Below, piece by piece: positions 27,414-40,900 of a stretch of DNA of 64,000 nucleotides. The stretch covers positions 30,566,001 to 30,630,000 of the forward strand of contig OZ024752.1 of NCBI GenBank assembly GCA_964016885.1. Direction: 5' to 3'. Position 1 is the first letter of the stretch; each line of letters starts with the position of its first letter. Both the position numbers and the translations under genes were made by a program. The DNA comes from Eledone cirrhosa. Lineage: Eukaryota. The notes under the pieces are model-generated. The model was not told the origin of the DNA. It saw only the letters and a program-made list of their open reading frames with translations, and made no database searches.

Positions 27414-27835
27414 AATTTTGAGATAGAGTGTCCGTGCTGTTTGCTCTGATCTGATTAGTTTTGGGAATTCTACCTGTTTTTATGTTAAAAAAGTGGCTCC
27501 AGCGTTACTTTGGTGTTGCAAAAATTCTTGTGGTCAAAACAATTTTGATTGGTCGGTAGAGGTCATGTGAATGTAAAAAATTGATTTTGCGCCAAGACTG
27601 TTTTTATGTTAAAAAAGTGGTTCCAGCAAAAATTCTTGTGGTCAAAACAATTTTGATTGGTCGGTAGAGGTCATGTGAATAAAAAATTGGTTTTGCGCCA
27701 AGATTGAGAAATGACTCTTTCACAACAAATATGTGTGTGTGTGTGTAGTAGTAGTAGTAGTAAGGTGTTCGATGTTGTGATAATGGTTAGCAGCGATGTG
27801 TGTCAAATGGCTATTAAGATAAGTGTGTGTGTGTA

Positions 27836-29016
27836 ACAAACCCTACAGGCAGAAATCTGGGACCGCTATGGGAACGAAAACAGCCCCCACTTATGCCAAC
27901 CTAGTCATGGGATACCTGGAAATCACCCTCTACACTAAAGTCCTAAACAAATTTGGAAACACCCTCCACTTACACATTGAACTGGAAGCGATATCTAGAT
28001 GACTGCTTCATCCTTTGGCACGAAAACATAGAAAAACTTAAAGAATTTCACACCCTTATAAATGGGCTCAACACAAATATTAACTTCACGATGGAATACA
28101 GCCATCAACAACTCCCCTTCCTCGACATCCTCATTAAGATCCATAACAAAAAAAATAGAAACAGACATATACTACAAGCCCACAGGACTCCAAGCAATAT
28201 CTCCCCTTCAACTCTTGCCACCCTAGACACGTTAAAATTAATATTCCCTACAACTTAGCCAAGAGAATCTGTACTATAGTCTCCAATAAAAACATCTGCT
28301 ACTTACGGCTACAAGAACTAAAGGACACACTCATAGGCAGGGACTACCCTGCATCACTAATTGACAATGGAATCCAACGTGCCCTAAAACTCAGTACCCA
28401 GGACCTTAGACACCCTAAAGTAAATCAACCAAAACTAAAAGCTCTTCCATACATCTCCACACACAACCCCCTCAACAATGAGGCCTTTGACACCATCCTC
28501 CAGAACATCCCTGTATTGAAAAAGGACCATAGAATGAACCAAATTCTACGAACACACGATATCATAAAGAGCAAAAGACAATCCAAGTCAATGAAAAACA
28601 TCTTAACACATGCCAAAGTACTGCCAACCACAACAACGAAACCCACAGTAAAAAAATGCGATAGACCCAACTGTGGCATTTGCATCAACCTAATAGAGGG
28701 TTCGGAATTCTATTTCAAAGATGGACAACGTTTTATAGTAAAACACAATTTCACATGTGAATCGGAAAATCTAATATATGTATTAACTTGTTCAGGTTGT
28801 CGAGAACAATACATAGGCCAGACCAAAATCAAAATACGGGAATACAGGAAAATACCACTGAGTGAACACATTGATACCTGTGCCGCCCAAAATCATCCCA
28901 ACTTCAGAATCTTTCCCCTCTACAAATTTAAAGATAATGCCACCCACACCCAGCGCATCAGCAAGGAATCTTACTTCATTAACAAATACGGACCCCGTCT
29001 AAACACTTCTCCCTAA
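27836..29016 (+). pseudogene. PLE reverse transcriptase C-half, Cys linker and GIY-YIG endonuclease (frameshifted; Neptune-like)
   Basis: YRQKSGTAMGTKTAPTYANLVMGYLE, WKRYLDDCF, LPFLDILI, QYLPFNSCHP, CDRPNCGIC, NLIYVLTCSGCREQYIGQT. Confidence 0.9.
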
Positions 29017-29166
29017 GACGAACCCACAACATACACACGTCAACATACATACCTACATCAGCACACATCTCTACCCACATATAAACACAATGACATATGT
29101 AAACACACATGCTCTATGGTGCAACACAAAAAAATATATGTGCATATATGTATGTATATATATGTA

Positions 29167-29236
<70 letters not shown>

Positions 29237-30026
29237 ATATATGTATGTGTATATATATATAGTGAATATCATTTCACACCTTTTATTGTTAAGATTTTTG
29301 ATGTTCTATTAGGAGAACCGATTTTACTGAAAAAATCGAATAATGTACACCATTTTACCAGGGGGAAAAAATACTGGTCCCCCCCCCCCCACACACACAC
29401 ACATACACACATATACACACACACATACACACGCGTACATCAACATACAAAGAGACTTATATATACACACACACACACGCACTTCTCCGTATAAGACAAA
29501 AGCTGAAAAATATCTTTTGACATGCTAAAATACCCCCCATTGCTTTCAGACACATTCTTACTGACCATCCCTGCCACCACGAATTACTCTGCTATACACA
29601 CACACACACACACACACTTATCTTAATAGCCATTTGACACACATCACTGCTAACCATTATCACAACATCGAACACCTTACTACTACTACTACTACACACA
29701 CACACACATATTTGTTGTGAAAGAGTCATTTCTCAATCTTGGCGCAAAACCAATTTTTTATTCACATGACCTCTACCGACCAATCAAAATTGTTTTGACC
29801 ACAAGAATTTTTGCTGGAACCACTTTTTTAACATAAAAACAGTTTTGGCGCAAAATCAATTTTTTACATTCATATGACCTCTACCGACCAATCAAAATTG
29901 TTTTGACCACAAGAATTTTTGCAACACCAAAGTAACGCTGGAGCCACTTTTTTAACATAAAAACAGGTAGAATTCCCAAAACTAATCAGATCAGAGCAAA
30001 CAGCACGGACACTCTATCTCAAAATT

Positions 30027-30065
30027 ATTTTTGAAAAGCATTTAGAAATGCGCAACCGGTAAAAA
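30027..30065 (+). ncRNA. Variant hammerhead-like motif in the PLE 3' region (U3:A8 core; GCAA instead of GAAA)
   Basis: ttt-TTGAAAA-gcattt/aaatgc-GCAA-ccgg-TA-aaa; same architecture as family D. Confidence 0.55.
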
Positions 30066-30130
30066 CTTAAAAACTTAAAACCACAACTGAATACTAACCC
30101 ATACAATCACTAATGCTCTTTTATTCCTAA

Positions 30131-31081
30131 CTAGCAGTAAAGCCCGGCGTTGCTCGGGGTCGCTCAGTAGCTGTGTTAAAGTTACAATGTTAAGTTTCTT
30201 TTTTGGCTTAAAAACTGTAGTGTCTACTGTGCAGACTTGCATGTGGTGTTTTTGATTAATATTCCCTCAACCAACAATATGCCTTATGAAGTTAAGAAAA
30301 CATAACGATAACCCGAATGTTATAACAAAAGAGGATGCTGGGGATAAAAACTGCACTGGTTATTTATTAACAAAGATCGAAAATGTAAACACTGCAACGC
30401 AGAGAAAAACATTAGCGTAACCAAATTATCAGTTATGTCTGTCTGCACGCCTATATCACCCCTCTGCACGACTGTCTGTCTGCACGCCTATATCACCTCT
30501 CTGCACGAATGTCTGTCTGCACGCCTATATCACCTCTCTGCACGACTATCTGTCTGCACGCCTATATCACCTCTCTGCACGACTATCTGTCTGCACGCGT
30601 ATATCACCTCTCTGCACGACTGTCTGTCTGCACGACTGTCTGTCTGCACGCCTAACGACGAAATATTTGCTTGTTTTACGTAGTCTTTAAATAGACTTGT
30701 TTTCAAGTAAAAATATTGTTTTAAAATGCTTTTAAATGGAAATGAAGCAAAACGGAAGCTTAGTGTTCGAACTGATGAATTTTGCAGGTCAATATTTTGC
30801 TGGCTCGACAACTGTTAAAGCCAGCGTAATTTTTTACGTAAGACGCTCAATGTAAACAGAACAAAGGGAAATAACTGATCACTTACGCTCAAAAATCGAT
30901 ACATTATATTCGATTTCGTCACATAGGGTGGGTCAATTTGAAATTTTTTTTTTCCGATGTCTTCGCTAGGGCTCAATGTACAAGTATAGCAATTTCGGTG
31001 CAATTCCGTGAGAGATTCTAAGAGGAGATGTGTGCCAAAAATCGATAGACAGACAGACAACCACAGTTTTATATATATAGA
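30131..31081 (-). mobile_element. Non-autonomous Helitron C (951 bp) inserted in the PLE right arm
   Basis: 5' TC, 3' hairpin cccgagcaacgccggg then CTAG; A|T insertion without TSD, confirmed by the empty site in the left arm (atggtttaa|ttaggaataa); internal 37-bp repeats at 30436-30655. Confidence 0.9.
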
Positions 31082-31172
31082 TTAAACCATTTTTCAACTG
31101 TGAACAATTTGTCAGCATTTTCTATTCCGTTTACCAATATATAATAACTTGTGTGTTACACCGCTATTCTTT

Positions 31173-31241
<69 letters not shown>

Positions 31242-31332
31242 TATATTTAGAGTTATAAACTCAAACAGTCTTTTACAATTAATTAGCTCAAAGAAAGAAG
31301 CATTTCTGAGCCGTGAAATACAAGTTAATAAA

Positions 31333-31511
31333 AATTAATATATGATAAACACTAATATAATCATATAAGTGTTTGTATTGTAAATGACCAAGTTAGCTAG
31401 ATCGAGACAGGCAAACTGTATTAATCTAATTAGTATTTTTCAATCTAGCTAACTTGGTCATTTACAATACAAACACTTATATGATTATATTAGTGTTTAT
31501 CATATATTAAT
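31333..31511. repeat. Fold-back inverted repeat (~70-bp arms) between TA tracts
   Basis: 31333-31402 is the reverse complement of 31442-31511. Confidence 0.85.
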
Positions 31512-31512
31512 T

Positions 31513-31551
<39 letters not shown>

Positions 31552-31673
31552 AGGAGGTGAGTTTTATTTTAGCACAATAAAGCAATGCAAATATCGGATA
31601 AGTAACACTCTACAGTTTGTAAGACTGGAGTATAAATAATATAAGATCAAAAGATGGTTAAAAGAGTTCCAAG

Positions 31674-31744
31674 TATTTTATTATACACATTTCAAAAACA
31701 AATATCATTATGGGATGATATCTGCGTTCTCATCAGATAAAATA
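31674..31744 (-). ncRNA. Type I hammerhead ribozyme (family A; element 31549-31805)
   Basis: tattttat-CTGATGA-gaacgcagatatcat/atgatatttgttttt-GAAA-tgtgta-TA-ataaaata. Confidence 0.8.
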
Positions 31745-32193
31745 GGGATACATGATATGAAACTTAAAAAACACTTGTGAATAGTGAAGTTTTAAATCAA
31801 CATATGAAAAATAAATTAAGATTGATGTATGAGATTGGGAAAAAGTGAGGAAGAGGAAGAGATGAGAGTAAAGAATGGCGGGGGAGGAGTATAAGAAGGA
31901 AGGATGAGAGAGGAGGAGAGATGGGTGATAGAGAGAAAGAGATAGCCTTTACAACTGAGAAAAAAATATATGTTGTCTCACAGAGAGAAATTAAAAAGCC
32001 GTTGGAAGATAATAGATAATTTAAAAGAATTTGAAATTAAAAGTTAATGAGGTTTATGCATGAAGAGAAAAAGGAATTAAGAATAATATTAAATTAAGGT
32101 TTGTGGAACTCTTTTAACTATCTTTTGATCTCATATATAAATATATAGAAATTTTTAGAAATTTATATATATAGAAATGGCTTCTACATGACT

Positions 32194-32975
32194 TGAGACC
32201 TACACAATCAATTTGCAGCATAGACTGGGTGCTTTTTGTTGTGAGACCTAGACAACCAGTTTGCAGCATGGACTGGGCGCTTTTTGTTGTGAGACCTAGA
32301 CAACCAGTTTGCAGCATGGACTGGGTGCTTTTTGTTGTGAGACCTAGACAACCAGTTTGCAGCATGGACTGGGTGCTTTTTGTTGTGAGACCTAGACAAC
32401 CAGTTTGCAGCATAGACTGGGTGCTTTTTGTTGTGAGACCTACACAACCAGTTTGCAGCATGGACTGGGTGCTTTTTGTTGTGAGACCTAGACAACCAGT
32501 TTGCAGCATGGACTGGGTGCTTTTTGTTGTGAGACCTAGACAACCAGTTTGCAGCATAGACTGGGTGCTTTTTGTTGTGAGACCTAGACAACCAGTTTGC
32601 AGCATGGACTGGGTGCTTTTTATTGTGAGACCTACACAACCAGTTTGCAGCATGGACTGGGTGCTTTTTGTTGTGAGACCTAGACAACCAGTTTGCAGCA
32701 TAGACTGGGTGCTTTTTGTTGTGAGACCTACACAACCAGTTTGCAGCATAGACTGGGTGCTTTTTGTTGTGAGACCTACACAACCAGTTTGCAGCATAGA
32801 CTGGGTGGTTTTTGTTGTGAGACCTAGACAACCAGTTTGCAGCATAGACTGGGTGCTTTTTGTTGTGAGACCTACACAACCAGTTTGCAGCATGGACTGG
32901 GTGCTTTTTGTTGTGAGACCTAGACAACCAGTTTGCAGCATGGACTGGGTGCTTTTTGTTGTGAGACCTAGACAA
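32194..32975. repeat. 51-bp minisatellite, ~15 copies
   Basis: Unit tgagacctagacaaccagtttgcagcatggactgggtgctttttgttg. Confidence 0.95.
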
Positions 32976-33057
32976 ACTCTTTACAGTGCGGATTGGGCAC
33001 TTTTTGTCATGTCACCTACACTACCACTTTATAGTGTGGGCTAGGCACTTTTGTCTT

Positions 33058-33477
<420 letters not shown>

Positions 33478-34082
33478 GGGAGGGAGGTTACAGGTATTGT
33501 TCTTACCCCCACCTTTTGGAGGTGTGTATGTTGATATATGTATGTGTGTGGTGTGTTCATATATATTTATATGTGTATGTGTGTATCTATATATCACTAT
33601 AAGTGTTACATTGTTACAGGAAAATCCTGAATAAATAAAAATGAAACGGTTAAGTGAGAAATATCAGAGATATTATGAGATGAAATATCATGAGGTCTAA
33701 TCACACTGTATATTTATGGCAGCTGCCTCCACAATCAGGGCTGGATTAAGGTCAAGTGATGCCCTTAATCACAGCCTAACAATGGGGTCTCAGCAACCCT
33801 TATATTGTCTAACTCAATGACACTAAAACAGTGCTGGATGTGAAACAATAGATTAAATATTCACGTTATTTCCAGGCAATCCTCTGGTCATCCTCAAGGC
33901 CAGAATCCATAACTATATTTAATATAACCTTTTTGTTTGTTGGTTTTGTTTAACACTAAATAGCAACAAACAATATATGCAAATTATTTATTTATAAAAA
34001 GAACAGGAAAAATGCCATTTTTTAACATGTTTTTATACATTAAATATCTGATGACCCTGTGATAAACAGACAAAATTCCAGA

Positions 34083-34165
<83 letters not shown>

Positions 34166-34166
<1 letters not shown>

Positions 34167-34514
34167 GAGGCACATGGCTTAGTGGTTAGAGCATTGGGCT
34201 TGCAATCGAAAGGTTGTAAGTTCAATTCTCAGACCGGGTGATGTGTTGTTTCCTTGAGCAAGACACTTTATTTCACATTGTTCCAGTTTACTCAGCTGTA
34301 GAAATGAGATGATAGGGACTGGGGTCCCTATCATTCCACTGCAAAGTGGTCGTGGAGGTGCCACGGCAAAAAAAAAAACACCCAGTACTCACTGTAAATG
34401 AGGTTGGTGTTAGGAAGGGCATCCAGCTGTAGAAATCAAGCCAGAATCAGTTTCCGTCCCACCCTTGGAAGCAGGGAAAAGCGAACGTAAAATGATGATG
34501 ATGATGATGATGAT
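34166..34514 (+). mobile_element. Full-length tRNA-derived CORE-like SINE with an RTE-derived tail
   Basis: A box tggcttagtgg, B box gttcaattc, CORE-like ccttgagcaagacacttta; tail ccgtcccacccttggaagcagggaaaagcgaacgtaaaa(tga)n matches the RTE end at 9158-9207. Confidence 0.85.
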
Positions 34515-34567
34515 ACATATAGGTGGTGCTGTTGGCCTGGGCCAATACTGGCTGAAACCTATCAAAG

Positions 34568-34613
<46 letters not shown>

Positions 34614-34661
34614 GGAATAGATACATATATATATAAATGGAATAGATACATACATACTTAC

Positions 34662-34708
<47 letters not shown>

Positions 34709-34735
34709 TAGTTCCGCAACAGTTAGTTCACCATT

Positions 34736-34778
34736 ACCGAGAACAATTGTTTCACCTTATACGGATCATCAGCTTAGT
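34736..34778 (-). ncRNA. Minimal hammerhead-like motif
   Basis: actaag-CTGATGA-tccgtataaggt-GAAA-caattg-TT-ctcggt; palindromic stem III ACAAUUGU; stems I and II weak; next to TA tracts. Confidence 0.55.
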
Positions 34779-35406
34779 CTAAATGGTAAACTACTTCTAC
34801 CAAACTCACCCCATGGACTGAGTGCTCTACTACTAAGGTTATAACCCACCAGTGTTCTACAATTATATATATATATATCTATATATATATAATTAGGGAA
34901 CAAAGAATCAGTGCTGTATCATATTCATATTTAATCACATATTACAACTTAGATATAATTAGATTGCACCTTAGTAAATTTGGCACTGGAAAGCACTTTA
35001 TGAGGTGCCATATTTTCTTAATGTGTGGCCTTATTTTTGTTTTATGAAATCAACTCTGTCATCAGGATCAGGCTGGTTGAATTTGGTCTAAACGGACCAC
35101 CAGTATTCCTTCTAGACTTTGACCACAGGGACAAAAAAAGGAAAGGAGAAAAAAGGGAAATAAAAAAAAATAAAAAAGGGATCAAACAAGTATTCCTTGT
35201 GTTGAAATGTATTCAATCATATAATACTTTAAAAATATTTTTCTAATATTTAATCTCCTAAGGATTGTTTGTTGTAAGGAGAGATCGGACCACATAGGAA
35301 GGGGAACCAATTTTAAATATCAAGGCAGCTGCTGATCATGAGGGAGAAAAAAGACAAAGACGGGGAGGGGATGTATGTATGTGTATGTGAGAGAGAGAGA
35401 GAGAGA

Positions 35407-35662
<256 letters not shown>

Positions 35663-36766
35663 TTAATACTAGGTACCCCAACAAATGAAAAAGTAGGAAA
35701 TGAACTTTTATTATTTTGCCAAAAGTAGAAACAATTATATTATATTTTATTTTATTATATTATATTATACTATACTATACTGTACTATACTATACTATAC
35801 TATACTATACTATATTATACCATACTATACTATATTATACTATATTATATTATACTATATATATATATATAGATATTATTTGAGCTCCAGCCGAGGGGCT
35901 GAGGCCATGCTGGGGCACCGTCACTGATGCTACACTTTCTATAGCCTGCCTTCCATGGTGGCCACTAATGCAGAAGGGAGTTTGTTGCTGCTGCTCTTAT
36001 TTCTGTTTATATATACACAAAATGGCAAGAGGTTCCACCCATGTTAATAATACGTAATCACAAACGAGCCAGCATGGAAGTCGCTAAACAGTCGTTTGAT
36101 TTGCTAGAAATAGCAGCCAAATCTTCAACTCACAACCCGCTACTGCGGAAAAAAGGAAGAGCACATTAAATAATTGTTTCTACATGCAATCCATTATATG
36201 TATAGAAAGACAGGGTGATCATGACCTGACTGAACGTCTGCTCGACCCAGGCTGACCTAGTATCAAACAACAATAACAATGACAAGGAAAAATGACAATG
36301 TCGTCTAGAAACGTAAACATAATAAAAGGTCATTAATACAATTTGTTCAACGTTTAAAATTTCTTCCCACAAAGTCAGAAATGTGGTGATAGTAGTAGTG
36401 TTGGTGGGGTGAGATGATTGATTTAATAGAATCAGCAGTATACAGGGCTAAATCCATCCCAGCTGGATTAGAACTCAAAATCTAAAGCGACCTAACGTTT
36501 TATTAAGCTCTGAAAATACTCCTCTGTTCATCAGCTCCCTACAAGTTCTTATATTACTAATTAACAGTTCAGTTTAGTGTACTAATTATAATTAGTTCAT
36601 TTAAAGGTTAAGAAGAACTATCGACATTGAGACAATACAACAACGATAAGTTGTGAACTTTTGACGTTTCGCTTATTCTGTCAGCTGCGATTCTCTCCCG
36701 AGTTCAAATGAAAATAAATTTGAAATAATAATTTGAATAAAGATACGTTGCTTATAATAAATAATT

Positions 36767-37730
36767 AATTGTTTCTACGTTAGGCACAAGGCCAGCAATT
36801 ACCCAGTGTATTACTGGTTGGTACTTTATTTTATCGACCCCGTAAGGATGAAAGGCAAGGTTAACATCGGCGGGATTTGAACTCAGAATGGCAAGGGCCG
36901 TAACTCTATGCGTCAAAGCATGGCGTCCGACCCTCTACAAGGCCAGCAATTACCCAGTGCATTACTGGCTGCCAATAATTAATAAACGAGAAAAATATCA
37001 GGAAATGTATTAAAGGTTAGTTAATTAGCAGGTTTTTAATTAATTACGGCCTGTGTTGGTGTTTATTTATACAGCTGTGGCTACTCCCTGGTATTTTCAA
37101 GAGGGAAAAGTTTATAATTGTTTATAAACACAGTCTTACAACTTGAATATTCGTTGGAAGATTTTTTTCCCGAAGAGGTGAAAAACTAAAAATATTTTAT
37201 TGGATTTCATGTTATTATATTTTAGCAAATTAGTATATACTATTCGGGGGGAGTTTTATGTGATTATATCTTACGAAATTACAATATATTTTACGTATTA
37301 GTACGTACTAATTTTACCGAATTAGTATATATTATTTTATTGAATTATTATATACTATTTTATCGAATTAGTATATACTATTTTATCAGTTCCTGATTCT
37401 AGAATTCTAAAACTTGGTTTGTGTTTTAGTAATTCTTTAACCTTTTATTTATAATTGTTTCTACTTTTGGGCACAAGGCCAGCAATTACCCAGTGCATTA
37501 CTGGTACTTTATTTTATCGACCCCGTAAAGATAGACTCGATAAGGTGTCTGGAATAACAATGATTTCTACTATAGGCGCAAGGCGAGCAATTTGGGGGTG
37601 AAGGGAATCGATTAAATCGATACCAGTACATTACTGGTACTTTATTTTATCGACCCCGTAAGGATGAAAGGCAAAGTTAACTTCAGCGGGATTTGAATTC
37701 AGAACGTAAAAGGCCGTAACTCTATGCGCC
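36767..37730 (-). mobile_element. Three Nin-like SINE copies or fragments (~36767-36970, 37453-37530, 37560-37730)
   Basis: gtactttattttatcgaccccgtaaggatgaaaggc motif. Confidence 0.75.
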
Positions 37731-37989
37731 GTAGTGTCTGTGAAATAACAATAAGAATGTTCAGGGTTAGATTTTTTTTTTCATATTAGTTTTATATTTC
37801 TTTAAATCGATAACTGTCGAAATATGATTTCATAAAACTGATCGAAAGTTACTATCGCAATTCATAATTGAATTCCCATTGTCTCGTTATTACAACCGAT
37901 GCTAATCTATCAGGCGCCATACTCTATTGTTGATATCCTACTGTTGATAACTTGTCCGCTTGCTCAGGACTCTATTGTTGTTGGTACTA

Positions 37990-40900
37990 TGGTGGTTGTT
38001 GCCGTTGTTGTTGTTGTTGTTGATGTTGCTGTCATAAAGAAACCATTATTGTTGTTGATGTTGTTGATGATGTGGTTATTGTTGTTATTGGTTTTGTTGA
38101 CGTTGTTGATGTTGTTGTTATTGTTGTTGTCACTCTAGTTGTTGATGTTGTGGTTATTGTTGTTGTTGTTATTGTTGTTGACGTTATTGTTATTGTTGTT
38201 ATTGTTGTTGTGGTTATTGTTGTTGTGGTTATTATTGTTGTGGTTATTGTTGTTGTCATTATTGTTGTTGTTGTTATTGTTGTTGTGGTTATTGTTGTTG
38301 TCGTTATTGTTGTTGTGGTTATTGTTGTTGTGGTTATTGTTGTTGTAGTTATTGTTGTTGTGGTTATTGTTGTTGTGGTTATTGTTGTTGTGGTTATTGT
38401 TGTTGTCGTTATTGTTGTTGTGGTTATTGTTGTTGTCGTTATTGTTGTTCTGGTTATTGTTGTTATCATTATTGTTGTTGTCGTTATTGTTGTTATGGTT
38501 ATTGTTGTTGTGGTTATTGTTGTTGTGGTTATTGTTGTTGTCGTTATTGTTGTTGTCGTTATTGTTGTTGTTGTTATTGTTGTTGTGGTTATTGTTGTTG
38601 TGGTTATTGTTGTTGTCGTTATTGTTGTTGTGGTTATTGTTGTTGTGGTTATTGTTGTTGTCGTTATTGTTGTTGTGGTTATTGTTGTTGTGGTTATTGT
38701 TGTTGTCATTATTGCTGTTGTCGTTATTGTTGTTATGGTTGTTGTTGTTGTCGTTATTGTTGTTGTGGTTATTGTTGTTGTCGTTATTGTTGTTGTGGTT
38801 ATTGTTGTTGTTGTGTTTATTGTTGTTGTTATTGTTGTTGTGGTTATTGTTGTTGTGGTTATTGTTGTTGTGGTTATTGTTGTTGTGGTTATTGTTGTTG
38901 TGGTTATTGTTGTTGTGGTTATTGTTGTTGTGGTTATTGTTGTTGTCGTTATTGTTGTTGTCGTTATTATTGTTGTCGTTATTGTTGTTGTCGTTATTGT
39001 TGTTGTCGTTATTGTTGTTGTCGTTATTGTTGTTGTCGTTATTGTTGTTGTGGTTATTGTTGTTGTCGTTATTGTTGTTGTGGTTATTGTTGTTGTTGTT
39101 ATTGTTGTTGTCGTTATTGTTGTTGTCGTTATTGTTGTTGTGATTATTGTTGTTGTCGTTATTGTTGTTGTCGTTATTGTTGTTGTCGTTATTGTTGCTG
39201 TGGTTATTGTTGTTGTCGTTATTGTTGTTGTCGTTATTGTTGTTGTGGTTATTGTTGTTGTGGTTATTGTTGTTGTGGTTATTGTTGTTGTGGTTATTGT
39301 TGTTGTGGTTATTGTTGTTGTCGTTATTATTGTTGTGGTTATTGTTGTTGTCGTTGTTGTTGTTGTGGTTATTGTTGTTGTGGTTATTGTTGTTGTCGTT
39401 ATTGTTGTTGTGGTTATTGTTGTTGTGGTTATTGTTGTTGTGGTTATTGTTGTTGTCGTTATTATTGTTGTCGTTATTGTTGTTGTCGTTATTGTTGTTG
39501 TCGTTATTGTTGTTGTCGTTATTGTTGTTGTCGTTATTGTTGTTGTGGTTATTGTTGTTGTCATTATTGCTGTTGTCGTTATTGTTGTTATGGTTGTTGT
39601 TGTTGTCGTTATTGTTGTTGTGGTTATTGTTGTTGTCGTTATTGTTGTTGTGGTTATTGTTGTTGTTGTGTTTATTGTTGTTGTTATTGTTGTTGTGGTT
39701 ATTGTTGTTGTGGTTATTGTTGTTGTGGTTATTGTTGTTGTGGTTATTGTTGTTGTGGTTATTGTTGTTGTGGTTATTGTTGTTGTGGTTATTGTTGTTG
39801 TCGTTATTGTTGTTGTCGTTATTATTGTTGTCGTTATTGTTGTTGTCGTTATTGTTGTTGTCGTTATTGTTGTTGTCGTTATTGTTGTTGTCGTTATTGT
39901 TGTTGTGGTTATTGTTGTTGTCGTTATTGTTGTTGTGGTTATTGTTGTTGTTGTTATTGTTGTTGTCGTTATTGTTGTTGTCGTTATTGTTGTTGTGATT
40001 ATTGTTGTTGTCGTTATTGTTGTTGTCGTTATTGTTGTTGTCGTTATTGTTGCTGTGGTTATTGTTGTTGTCGTTATTGTTGTTGTCGTTATTGTTGTTG
40101 TGGTTATTGTTGTTGTGGTTATTGTTGTTGTGGTTATTGTTGTTGTGGTTATTGTTGTTGTGGTTATTGTTGTTGTCGTTATTATTGTTGTGGTTATTGT
40201 TGTTGTCGTTGTTGTTGTTGTGGTTATTGTTGTTGTGGTTATTGTTGTTGTCGTTATTGTTGTTGTGGTTATTGTTGTTGTGGTTATTGTTGTTGTGGTT
40301 ATTGTTGTTGTCGTTATTATTGTTGTCGTTATTGTTGTTGTCGTTATTGTTGTTGTCGTTATTGTTGTTGTCGTTATTGTTGTTGTCGTTATTGTTGTTG
40401 TCGTTATTGTTGTTGTGGTTATTGTTGTTGTCGTTATTGTTGTTGTGGTTATTGTTGTTGTTGTTATTGTTGTTGTCGTTATTGTTGTTGTCGTTATTGT
40501 TGTTGTGATTATTGTTGTTGTCGTTATTGTTGTTGTCGTTATTGTTGTTGTCGTTATTGTTGCTGTGGTTATTGTTGTTGTCGTTATTGTTGTTGTCGTT
40601 ATTGTTGTTGTGGTTATTGTTGTTGTGGTTATTGTTGTTGTGGTTATTGTTGTTGTGGTTATTGTTGTTGTCGTTATTATTGTTGTGGTTATTGTTGTTG
40701 TCGTTGTTGTTGTTGTGGTTATTGTTGTTGTGGTTATTGTTGTTGTCGTTATTGTTGTTGTGGTTATTGTTGTTGTGGTTATTGTTGTTGTGGTTATTGT
40801 TGTTGTCGTTATTGTTGTTGTGGTTATTGTTGTTGTGGTTATTGTTGTTGTCGTTATTGTTGTTGTGGTTATTGTTGTTGTGGTTATTGTTGTGGTTATT

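Larger units (their letters stand above)
27251..31177 (+). mobile_element. 5'-truncated Penelope-like element with long inverted arms, in (TA)n
   Basis: 27251-27835 is the near-perfect reverse complement of 29606-30130 + 31082-31141; arms enclose the RT/GIY-YIG remnant. Confidence 0.9.

Noticed and set aside
32114-33044. 17-aa repeat ORFs on both strands
   Set aside because: By-product of a 51-bp unit divisible by three
34045-34085. CTGATGA motif as a hammerhead (also at ~35055, ~36530, 30772, 54336)
   Set aside because: No correctly spaced GAAA with supporting stems
34166-34240. tRNA gene
   Set aside because: A and B boxes run straight into a multi-copy SINE body; it is a SINE head
37075-37177. 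AG...GT-bounded candidate exon
   Set aside because: Stop codons in all three forward frames
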